NCBI GenBank assembly: GCA_963661295.1 | Contig: CAVLBI010000081.1 | Coordinates: 1 to 49,009, forward strand | Direction: 5' to 3' | DNA from: a bacterium | GTDB lineage: Bacteria > Bacillota_I > Bacilli_A > RF39 > UBA660 | DNA: 49,009 bases | Shown here: one piece after another, positions 1-7,973 of the stretch | Position numbering within the stretch: the first letter of the stretch is position 1 | How the letters are laid out: every line of letters starts with the position of its first letter | Program-made: the position numbers and the translations under genes | The notes under the pieces: model-generated | What the model saw: the letters and a program-made list of their open reading frames with translations, nothing else | Told to the model about the DNA's origin: nothing | Databases searched by the model: none

Positions 1-245
1 TATTCAGTTTTAATTTGGTCGAATTCGACCAAATTAAAATCTTGATTATGAATTTCTTCTCATAGTCCAATATAATCAATAGTATTTATTCTTCTTAACC
101 AGTTTTTAACTGTAAAAGATGGATCACTTGAATTTTGATACTTTGCTAAATCAGTTAAAGAAATGTAATTAACATTTCCAACTCTTAGTATTCCCACCTT
201 ATTTTCTTTAACTATTATTTCTGATGTTACTAAATCTTTTTTCAA
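1..245 (-). pseudogene. KilA-N domain protein, interrupted by an in-frame TGA (60..62) and running off the left window edge
   Basis: TTG start at 245 with AAAGGAG 8 nt upstream. Translation reads ...YISLTDLAKYQNSSDPSFTVKNWLRRINTIDYIGL-stop-EEIHNQDFNLVEFDQIKTE, the KilA-N family pattern. The stop sits where the family has a conserved Trp (GLWE), so TGG->TGA is likely. Confidence 0.7.
8..39. repeat. Perfect 32-bp palindrome TTTTAATTTGGTCGAA|TTCGACCAAATTAAAA (centre is GAATTC)
   Basis: All 16 base pairs checked by hand. It lies inside the continuing KilA-N reading frame (codes FNLVEFDQIK). Confidence 0.95.
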
Positions 246-363
246 TATTTTTTCTCCTTTCTATTTAGATTTTAAAAGGTGTCAACAAATATAATTATTG
301 TTCTGTAAAATATTGACAGCATATTAATGGTTATTATATATTGAATGTAAGGAGGAGTTTTAA

Positions 364-942
364 ATGAATGGTAATTTTGAAAATCAAAATGTAATTGGTA
401 ACAATACAATGGGTCAAGATGGTACAATTCAAAATAATTATTATCAAAATAATGGTGCCAGCATAAATGGAACTAATAATAAACCACAACAAATTAAAAT
501 GAACTATGCGTCTTTTGGTAAAAGATTATGTGCTGGATTAATAGACGCTTTTATAAATACTGGTATCTGTTTGATTTTTATGTTTATATCTTTAGTTATT
601 GGAAATTTTCTTGGAGATGAAGTTGATTCAATAGTATCAGGAGTAATACTTATATTTCTGACGGTTATAATTTTTGGATTTGGTGGTACCCCATTGTTTG
701 CATATTCAATATCACAAATGAGTGGAAAAAGACATATTTCTATAGGTCAACAAATAATGAAAATAAAATTAATAATTGAAACTAAACAAGTACCTTTAAC
801 TTCAGGACAACTAATCGTTAGGTTTATACTTAATATTATCATTTCACAGTTCTTGTTTTTTGATATGATTGTAATGCTCATAACACCAAAAAAACAACGA
901 ATAGTGGATTTGATTTTAGGGAGTGTATGCATTGAAATTTAA
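364..942 (+). CDS. RDD family membrane protein with N/Q-rich N-terminus
   Basis: AGGAGG RBS upstream of the ATG. YASFGKRLCAGLIDAFIN (the R and D of the RDD signature), three hydrophobic segments, C-terminal RIVDLILGS. Possible TTGACA -35 at 313..318. Confidence 0.7.
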   Translation: MNGNFENQNVIGNNTMGQDGTIQNNYYQNNGASINGTNNKPQQIKMNYASFGKRLCAGLIDAFINTGICLIFMFISLVIGNFLGDEVDSIVSGVILIFLTVIIFGFGGTPLFAYSISQMSGKRHISIGQQIMKIKLIIETKQVPLTSGQLIVRFILNIIISQFLFFDMIVMLITPKKQRIVDLILGSVCIEI

Positions 943-983
943 TCTTAAAACAAATAACGCCGGTAATTTTCCCAGCGTTTTTT

Positions 984-1570
984 TTATAAATTACATCCCA
1001 TATCTTTATGGTTAAGATCATTATATATCGCATAAGTTAAGCATTTCAATCCACCGTGACATAATTCTGAGTGTTCACATAGAACACAATCATCAGGTAT
1101 TTTTTTCTTCTTAATTCTTGTAATACTTTACTATTTTCATATAAATCAATCATGTTGCTACTTAATAAGTTTCCAACAACAATTGGCATCCTTTTACAAG
1201 GTACTAAATCTCCATTTTCCATAACTGTTAAAAGCGTGTCACCGGCCGTGCAACCATAAGCAAAATCATTTGTCATTTGAAATTGTAATGCTCTATACAT
1301 TGAAATAGAGGTAGAATTATTTTTTGATTTTCTTAGTTTTTTTATTTCTTTTTTCATTATATCTAAATATTCCCTAGTTTGTTTTAGATTAAGGACTAAA
1401 TTCTTATCTATTGAGTCTCCTAAAGGAATATATCTATCTGACCACACATTATTTACTTTATATTTTTTTGCACATTTAACTACTTTAGGGAATTCTCTAT
1501 AATTTAGTTTAGTTGCTGTAAACGAAATTGATGTAAATATATCTTGTTTTTGCAAATTGTTGATTCCTTT
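984..1570 (-). pseudogene. C-terminal half of a radical SAM/SPASM-domain maturase (N-terminal half missing, frameshift in a homopolymer run)
   Basis: Same frame as the integrase remnant reads ISFTATKLNYREFPKVVKCAKKYKV..YIPLGDS...YGCTAGDTLLTVMENGDLVPCKRMPIVVGNLL (SPASM-like). After the T7 (A7 on the coding strand) run at 1100..1106 the Cys-rich SPASM end continues in another frame: IPDDCVLCEHSELCHGGLKCLTYAIYNDLNHKDMGCNL-stop (stop 984..986). The junction coordinate is approximate. Confidence 0.65.
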
Positions 1571-2275
1571 GATTATGTTTTTATTTATGGTTATAGTCTT
1601 ATTTACAAAATCTATATTATCCCATGTTAATCCATAAACTTCAGAAACTCTCATTCCTGTATAATATGCAGTTAAAAAAGAATAGTATATTGAGTGAGTA
1701 TCCTTAAATCTATTTAGTATTTTTTCTATTTCTTTCTGAGTAAATATATGTGCTGGGTCTTTATTTATTGTATTTATCCTGGGAGCATGGACATGTTCTG
1801 CGGGATCAGTATTAATATAATTTAGTGTATAACAAGCATCTTTAAGTGATCCTTTTACAACTTTCAAAATACTTGCTATATAATTTTTAGAAAAAACAAA
1901 CTCAACATATATTTTATTAATAAAATCTTGTAAAATTCTCGTATCTAATTCCCCTAGCCTATAAAATCCAAGTCTAGGACCAACGTGGTTTTTAATAATA
2001 TTTTCATATGTAACTGTTGTTGCGTAATGTAAATTAAAACTACAATAAGAACTAATCCAATAATCTAAAAAATCAGAGTAGGACATATTTTCTTTTAAAG
2101 CTGATTTTTTACTATTATAATAAAATTCGTTATATGCTTTAGCACCCTCTCTAAATGCCTCATCCTTAGTCTTATATCCAGCTTTATTTATAAACTTCCT
2201 CTTACCATCAACACTAGCAACCTCAAACTTATATTGATAAGTGCCACCCCTTTTTTGAATAGTTATGCTTGCCAT
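1571..2275 (-). pseudogene. Tyrosine site-specific integrase, truncated after the first catalytic Arg box
   Basis: ATG at 2275 preceded by GGAGG (the ORF-track start at 2329 is a spurious extension). N-terminal AP2-like arm-binding domain (ASITIQKRGGTYQYKFEV..GYKTKDEA), a core-binding domain, then YYTGMRVSEVYGLTWDNIDF. No downstream K / HxxR / Tyr catalytic motifs follow. Confidence 0.75.
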
Positions 2276-2396
2276 AATAATTTCCTCCCATCTATTTTTA
2301 TGAATAAAAAACAAAAATGCTAGAAACATGAATTTCTAACATTTATTTGCAATATGTTTATTTAACTAGTAAAGTTTGGGATACCTATTATATTTT

Positions 2397-2455
2397 GTTT
2401 GCATTTAAGATTTTATGCAAACATTTAGCCTTTTTCAACCTTTTTTTGTTTGCAT
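2397..2455. repeat. Three copies of GTTTGCAT (2397..2404 +, 2415..2422 inverted, 2448..2455 +) between the secA stop and the integrase remnant
   Basis: Read directly. The first two copies form a hairpin. The third pairs with GCAAAC at 2464..2469. Confidence 0.6.
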
Positions 2456-2482
2456 AATTCTTCGCAAACCCTTATTTTATCG

Positions 2483-4981
2483 CTATTTGCCACAACAATT
2501 CTTGTATTTCTTCCCACTTCCACATGGGCATGGTTCATTTCTACCTATTTTCTTTGATTTCTTAGGTTTTCTTTTTGGAGCTGATTCTTCTGATTCATTT
2601 GTTGTTACATTTTTTGTATTTTCTTTTCGTTCAATATTTTGTCTTATTTCTGCTTTAAGTAAGAATATTGAAACGTCTTTATCTATTCTTTGTAACATTG
2701 AATCAAATAAGTCGAATCCTTCCATTGTATAAGCACGAAGTGGATCTTCTTGAGCATATCCACGTAAGTGAATTCCTTCTCTTAAATGTGACATTGTATT
2801 TATGTGTTCCATCCAGTAATTATCTACTACTTGAAGTGTAATTACTTTTTCGAATTCTTGGCTTACTTCTTCTGGAATATCTTTTATTTTTTCTTCATAT
2901 TCTGCAATTACTTTTTTACATATGTAATCTATTAATTCTTCTGGTTCTTTGCCATTTACTTCTTTATCTGTTAAATCTTTCTTTAGTAAATTTTCATTTA
3001 CCATTTCTTTTATGTCTTTGTAATCGTCTTCTGTTAATTCATTAGCTGGTGCCATATGGGATTTAACTACATCTTCTATATGATGTCTAAATGAACTTAA
3101 TACCATTTCATGGATTGATTCATTATCTAAGATTTGATTTCTCTTTCCATAAACTATTTCTCTTTGATTATTCATTACATCGTCATATTGAAGTAAGTTC
3201 TTTCTTATATCATAGTTATTTCCTTCAACTCTTTTTTGAGCTTGTTCTACTGATCTTGTGAAAGCTTTACTTCTAATTGCTTGGTCTCCTACTCCCATAT
3301 TTTCCATCATTGCACCAATTCTGTCTGATCCAAATCTAACCATAAGGTCATCTCTCATTGATACAAAAAATTGAGTATATCCTGGGTCTCCTTGACGACC
3401 AGAACGTCCACGTAACTGATTATCTATACGGCGTGATTCATGACGTTCAGTTCCTACTACGCATAAACCACCTAAAGCTCTTACTTCATCTGATAATTTA
3501 ATATCTGTTCCACGACCAGCCATGTTTGTTGCGATTGTTACGGATTTACCTAAACCAATTTTTGAAATAATTTCTGCTTCTCTTTCATGATTCTTAGCAT
3601 TTAATATTTCATGTGGAATATGTGCTTGTTTTAATAAACCACTGATAAGTTCACTTGTTTCGATGGCAATTGTACCTATTAAAACAGGTTGTCCTTTTTC
3701 ATATCTTTCTTTTACAAATTCAATGATTGCTTTGTATTTTGCTTCTTTACTTGCATATACTAAGTCAGCTTCATCTATTCTTGCGACTGGTTTATTTGTT
3801 GGAATTTCGATAACATACATGTTATAAATGTCTCTAAATTCTTCTTCTTCTGTTTTTGCAGTACCAGTCATACCTGATAATTTGTTATACATTCTGAATA
3901 AGTTTTGGAATGTGATTGTTGCTAATGTCTTAGTCTCTTGATTTATTGTTACTCCTTCTTTTGCTTCTATTGCTTGGTGTAATCCATCAGAGTAAGCTCT
4001 ACCCTTCATTAAACGACCAGTAAATTGGTCAACAATTACTATTTCTCCATCTTGTACAACATAATCAACATCATTTTTCATTGCATAATTTGCACGTAAT
4101 GCTTGATTAATAAAATGTAATAAAGTTGAGTTATCAACGTCATATAAATTTTCTATATTAAACATTGCTTCTGCTTTATCTACACCTTTTTCTGTTAAGT
4201 TAACACTTTTTGTTTTTTCATCATAGATAAAATCTTCTTCTTGTTTTAATGTTTTAGCATATTTATCTGCACTTATATATAGATTTTGATTTGCCATTTC
4301 TCCACCAGATATAATTAAAGGTGTTCTTGCTTCATCTATTAAAACTGAGTCGACTTCATCGATAATTGCAAAATTTAATGGTCTTTGAACTCTTTCTTCT
4401 TTTCTAACAACCATGTTATCTCTTAAGTAGTCAAATCCGATTTCATTGTTTGTTGAATATAAAATATCACAGTTATAAGCGTCTCTCTTTTCTTCAGGAG
4501 ACATATCTCTTCTATTTACTCCAACAGTTAATCCTAGGAATCTGTGAATTCCACCCATCCATTCAGCATCACGTCCAGCTAAGTATTCGTTAACTGTAAT
4601 AATGTGTACTCCTTTTCCACTTAAAGCATTTAAATAAGCAGGTAAAACTGATGTTAATGTTTTTCCTTCACCTGTTTTCATTTCAGCTATATTTCCATAA
4701 TGAATTGCTAGTGCACCTAAAATTTGTACATAGAAGTGTTTTTCTCCAATTACACGGAATGCTGCTTCTCTAGCGGTTGCAAATGCTTCTACTAAAATAT
4801 CTTCTAGAGTTTCCCCTTTACTTAATCTTTCTTTAAATTCATCTGTTTTATTTTGTAATTCTGTATCAGTTAGTTTTGAATATTCTTCATCTAAAGCCAT
4901 AACTTGATCGGCAATATTATTGAATCTTCTTAACTCTTTATACTCATGATCGAATAATTTTTTTAAAATATTCAAATTCAT
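2483..4981 (-). CDS. secA: Preprotein translocase ATPase SecA
   Basis: Full-length SecA motifs (MKTGEGKT, DEVDSVLIDEARTPLIISG, TNMAGRGTDI) and the C-terminal zinc finger CPCGSGKKYKNCCGK. ATG at 4981 follows AAGGAG. The ORF track starts 4 codons earlier at a TTG. Confidence 0.97.
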   Translation of the reverse strand: MNLNILKKLFDHEYKELRRFNNIADQVMALDEEYSKLTDTELQNKTDEFKERLSKGETLEDILVEAFATAREAAFRVIGEKHFYVQILGALAIHYGNIAEMKTGEGKTLTSVLPAYLNALSGKGVHIITVNEYLAGRDAEWMGGIHRFLGLTVGVNRRDMSPEEKRDAYNCDILYSTNNEIGFDYLRDNMVVRKEERVQRPLNFAIIDEVDSVLIDEARTPLIISGGEMANQNLYISADKYAKTLKQEEDFIYDEKTKSVNLTEKGVDKAEAMFNIENLYDVDNSTLLHFINQALRANYAMKNDVDYVVQDGEIVIVDQFTGRLMKGRAYSDGLHQAIEAKEGVTINQETKTLATITFQNLFRMYNKLSGMTGTAKTEEEEFRDIYNMYVIEIPTNKPVARIDEADLVYASKEAKYKAIIEFVKERYEKGQPVLIGTIAIETSELISGLLKQAHIPHEILNAKNHEREAEIISKIGLGKSVTIATNMAGRGTDIKLSDEVRALGGLCVVGTERHESRRIDNQLRGRSGRQGDPGYTQFFVSMRDDLMVRFGSDRIGAMMENMGVGDQAIRSKAFTRSVEQAQKRVEGNNYDIRKNLLQYDDVMNNQREIVYGKRNQILDNESIHEMVLSSFRHHIEDVVKSHMAPANELTEDDYKDIKEMVNENLLKKDLTDKEVNGKEPEELIDYICKKVIAEYEEKIKDIPEEVSQEFEKVITLQVVDNYWMEHINTMSHLREGIHLRGYAQEDPLRAYTMEGFDLFDSMLQRIDKDVSIFLLKAEIRQNIERKENTKNVTTNESEESAPKRKPKKSKKIGRNEPCPCGSGKKYKNCCGK

Positions 4982-5048
4982 CAGCTCCTTCAATTTATTA
5001 TTTTATCAAAAAAAAAGGAAGAATAAAAGCTTTATCTCCCTTTTTTAT

Positions 5049-5585
5049 CTATTCAGATTCAATAATACCATAGTTTGAATCATTTCTCTTATAAACAACA
5101 GCTGGCTTATTAGTTTCACTGTCTTTATACATATAAAATTGATGTCCCAATAATTCCATTTGAAGTATTGCTTCTTCTTCATTCATTGGTTTAACTTCAA
5201 TTGTTTTTCTTTTTACAATTTTTGTATCTTCTTTTTCTTCTTCTTTGTCTAAGACAATACTATCAAAGTTAAAATCATAGCTTGGTTTAACTTTCTTTGA
5301 CATTAATCTTGTCTTATTCTTTCTAACTTGTCTTTCAAGTTTATCAATTGTCTTATCAACTGCTGCATAAAAGTCATCTTTTGTCTCTTCAGATCTTAAA
5401 ATAAATGACTTTAATGGGATTGTTATTTCAACTCTTTGTTCATGATTTTTTACTTTTACTATGACACTAGCGCGAACATTTTCGCTATTTTCTAAATACT
5501 TATCTAATCTTTGTAATTTTTCTTCAATATAGTCGCTCATAGCTTTTGTAACTTTTACTTTGTCTCCATGAATAATAATTTCCAT
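5049..5585 (-). CDS. hpf: Ribosome hibernation promoting factor, long form
   Basis: N-terminal S30AE/YfiA domain (MEIIIHGDKVKVTKAMSDYIEEKLQRLDKY) plus the C-terminal dimerisation domain (KPMNEEEAILQMELLGHQFYMY). Conserved position upstream of secA. Confidence 0.93.
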   Translation of the reverse strand: MEIIIHGDKVKVTKAMSDYIEEKLQRLDKYLENSENVRASVIVKVKNHEQRVEITIPLKSFILRSEETKDDFYAAVDKTIDKLERQVRKNKTRLMSKKVKPSYDFNFDSIVLDKEEEKEDTKIVKRKTIEVKPMNEEEAILQMELLGHQFYMYKDSETNKPAVVYKRNDSNYGIIESE

Positions 5586-5660
5586 AATATCTCCTCCTTT
5601 ATATTTTTATTATACCATTTATATATTAAAAAAACCATATTTTTGTCATATAGTAGACAG

Positions 5661-5690
5661 TAAAAAAAACAGAACTATTAATTCTGTTTG
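5661..5690 (-). terminator. Intrinsic terminator after the cold-shock gene
   Basis: Minus-strand RNA AACAGAA-uuaauag-UUCUGUU followed by a U8 run. Confidence 0.6.
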
Positions 5691-5710
5691 TGTTTAATTA
5701 TTTATTCTTG

Positions 5711-5926
5711 CTAAATAGCATGTTCTTGAAGTAATCTTACATTAATTGCTTGAAACCCCTTACTTGTTTCAATAAGTTTAAATTCTACTAATTGGTTTTC
5801 TTTTAATGTTTTATACCCATCAATTTCAATTGCAGAATAATGAACGAAAATGTCCTCATTTTCTTTAAACCCGATAAAACCATATCCTTTATCATTATTG
5901 AACCATTTCACGCGTCCGGTCATCAT
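5711..5926 (-). CDS. Cold-shock protein (CspA family)
   Basis: GRVKWFNNDKGYGFI and DIFVHYSAI (RNP1/RNP2 motifs). GAGGTG RBS. Confidence 0.95.
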   Translation of the reverse strand: MMTGRVKWFNNDKGYGFIGFKENEDIFVHYSAIEIDGYKTLKENQLVEFKLIETSKGFQAINVRLLQEHAI

Positions 5927-6029
5927 TCTTTACACCTCACATTCTACCAACACTTTGTTCTTGGTATCTTCATGATAGCAGATATTTCATTTTATTTATG
6001 TTTTTTCTTAAATATGCATTTATGTTTTA

Positions 6030-6758
6030 TTACTTTTGCTCTTTAACTACAAAATTCGACAAATTTAGTAATTTTATTTTTCTTGTTAAATTTATTATTT
6101 CTTTTTTCTTTTGTCTTGATATTTCAAAAATCTTTAAATCTCCACTTAATGTTATTATGTTGTCTTTTGTGTCATACTCTCTCATTTTATTTATATTTAT
6201 AATATAACTTCTACTGCATTTTATAAAGTTTTTATTGAGAATTTTCTCTATTTTAGGTAAAGTTAATGGAATATAGTATTTATTTGTTTCTGTTTTTATA
6301 ATACTTCTTTTATTTTTGGAATCTGATTCTATATATACTATATCTTTTTGGGAAATATTATAGATTATTCCTTTATATGTATAGCAAATACTATTAGGAG
6401 TGTCTGTTAGTATTTTTAAACTTATTTTTATGTTTTCTGTTAGTTGATTATACATATTTTTATTTTTGTCAATGACATCTAATATTAATAGTTTATTATC
6501 AACTAATCTATATTTAATATTTGAATTATCTGATATCAGTATTATTATCGATGACCAGTCGTCTTCTTTTATTCTTATATTTAGTAATTTGTTTATTTCT
6601 GTTTTGCTTGTTGTATCATAATTTAGTATATATATACTGTTTTGTTCTTTATTTTTAATGTCTTTGTAATAATTTACTTTATATTCTAAATTGTAATTCA
6701 TCATTATTTTTTCTATTAATTCTTCTAGATTTTTATTTTCAATTATAAAATTAATCAT
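6030..6758 (-). CDS. Orphan LytTR-family DNA-binding regulator with an atypical receiver-like N-terminal domain
   Basis: The C-terminal ~100 aa match LytTR (ISQKDIVYIESDSKNKRSIIKTETNKYYIPLTLPKIEKIL..FIKCSRSYIININKM). The N-terminal half has an alternating beta/alpha pattern with candidate D48/S76/K98, but E7-N8 replaces the usual acidic pair. No kinase gene is nearby. Confidence 0.65.
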   Translation of the reverse strand: MINFIIENKNLEELIEKIMMNYNLEYKVNYYKDIKNKEQNSIYILNYDTTSKTEINKLLNIRIKEDDWSSIIILISDNSNIKYRLVDNKLLILDVIDKNKNMYNQLTENIKISLKILTDTPNSICYTYKGIIYNISQKDIVYIESDSKNKRSIIKTETNKYYIPLTLPKIEKILNKNFIKCSRSYIININKMREYDTKDNIITLSGDLKIFEISRQKKKEIINLTRKIKLLNLSNFVVKEQK

Positions 6759-6810
6759 TTTACCACGCCTTTTTTTTAGATTAACACTTCGAGCTAATAA
6801 AAAAAAGACC

Positions 6811-7917
6811 TTATTTAGTCTTTTTGATTTTTTCTTTTAATTTAGTAAATATATGTGGATGTTTATCTGTAATTATTGTTGTATGAGCTACAAACCATAA
6901 TACTAGGATAAATAATATTATATATATTGTTTGAGCAATTATTGGTTCTTGTAATTTTAATGTATAAAAGATAGATGCCATTGCGAATAATATATCAATT
7001 CCATATATAATTAAAACTGTAGTTGTTTTTGAAAAATTCATTCCTAAAAGTTGATGATGTAGATGTTGTTTATCTGCTTTAAATGGTGGTTCTCCTTTTA
7101 GTAATCTTCTAATTATTGCGAATAATGTATCTAATATTGGAATTGCTAGTATTGTTACTGGTACAAAGAATGAAATTAACGCTGGCCCTTTGAACTCTAG
7201 TAGTGTTATTACAGCAATTATAAATCCCATAAATGTTGCGGCATCTCCAGCGAATATCTTTGCATTTTTAAATGGTCTAAAGTTATGTACTAAGAAACCT
7301 AGCGTTGATCCTAGCATAATTAATGTTAAAACCATTACTAAACTTCCAAATCTTCCTTGGAAGAAACCGATTATTGCAATTGTTATATAAAATATTGAAC
7401 AAATTCCACCACTTAGTCCATCTAAGCCATCTACTAGATTTATAATGTTTGTACAGGCAACAATAAATAATATTGTTATCGGATAAGCTAATATTCCAAA
7501 ATTAAATGAATATCCAAACGCTGTTATATTATCTAATAAAATGTGTCCATAAAATACTATTATTGATGCAGCTACCAAGTGTCCCAACATTTTTTGTGAT
7601 GCTTTGATTGAATTTATATCATCTATAATCGATGTAAGTATGATTATGAAACTTCCTATTAGAATTGAGTTCATTCTCACACTTTGTTCTCCAAAGAGCA
7701 TATAGCCTAACATAAATCCTAGGAATATTCCTACTCCTCCTAATTTTGGAGTTGGTTCTTTATGAACATGTCTATGTCCTTCTTCGGATCGGGGCATATC
7801 CATTGCTCCTACATGTACTGCAACTTTTCTCATTAAGAACATTATTAATGTAGAAAAAATAAATGTCGTTAAGACTATTTTTGAAGCAGCAAATAACTGT
7901 TCATGCATATAATTCAC
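6811..7917 (-). CDS. tagO: Undecaprenyl-phosphate GlcNAc-1-phosphate transferase (MraY/WecA/TagO family, GT4)
   Basis: Polytopic membrane protein with NLVDGLDGLSGG and the RHVHKEPTPKLGGVGIF motifs. The start is either GTG 7917 or ATG 7908. Confidence 0.82.
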   Translation of the reverse strand: MNYMHEQLFAASKIVLTTFIFSTLIMFLMRKVAVHVGAMDMPRSEEGHRHVHKEPTPKLGGVGIFLGFMLGYMLFGEQSVRMNSILIGSFIIILTSIIDDINSIKASQKMLGHLVAASIIVFYGHILLDNITAFGYSFNFGILAYPITILFIVACTNIINLVDGLDGLSGGICSIFYITIAIIGFFQGRFGSLVMVLTLIMLGSTLGFLVHNFRPFKNAKIFAGDAATFMGFIIAVITLLEFKGPALISFFVPVTILAIPILDTLFAIIRRLLKGEPPFKADKQHLHHQLLGMNFSKTTTVLIIYGIDILFAMASIFYTLKLQEPIIAQTIYIILFILVLWFVAHTTIITDKHPHIFTKLKEKIKKTK

Positions 7918-7973
7918 TTCTTTCTACATAAATTATAGCAAATCTCTTTACAAATAAAAAGAAAAAACCATTT

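Noticed and set aside
60-62. TGA might encode Trp (genetic code 4, Mollicutes-like), given the very low GC and the TGA at a conserved Trp position in the KilA-N gene.
   Set aside because: Long conserved genes in the window (secA, mnmG, argS, PBP1A, dnaB, dnaA) are uninterrupted under the standard code and encode Trp as TGG. A code-4 genome this AT-rich would have many in-frame TGA codons. The KilA-N TGA is better explained as a nonsense mutation.
1046-2329. Treating the 427-aa ORF as one intact integrase gene.
   Set aside because: The first 18 codons precede the RBS-supported ATG. The catalytic C-terminal half of a tyrosine recombinase is missing and is replaced by radical SAM/SPASM-like sequence. 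It is reported as two pseudogene remnants instead.
5927-6029. A possible cold-shock 5' UTR thermosensor or cold-box upstream of the csp gene.
   Set aside because: A long leader is plausible by analogy, but I could not identify a promoter, a cold-box sequence or a conserved structure by eye, so no feature is claimed.
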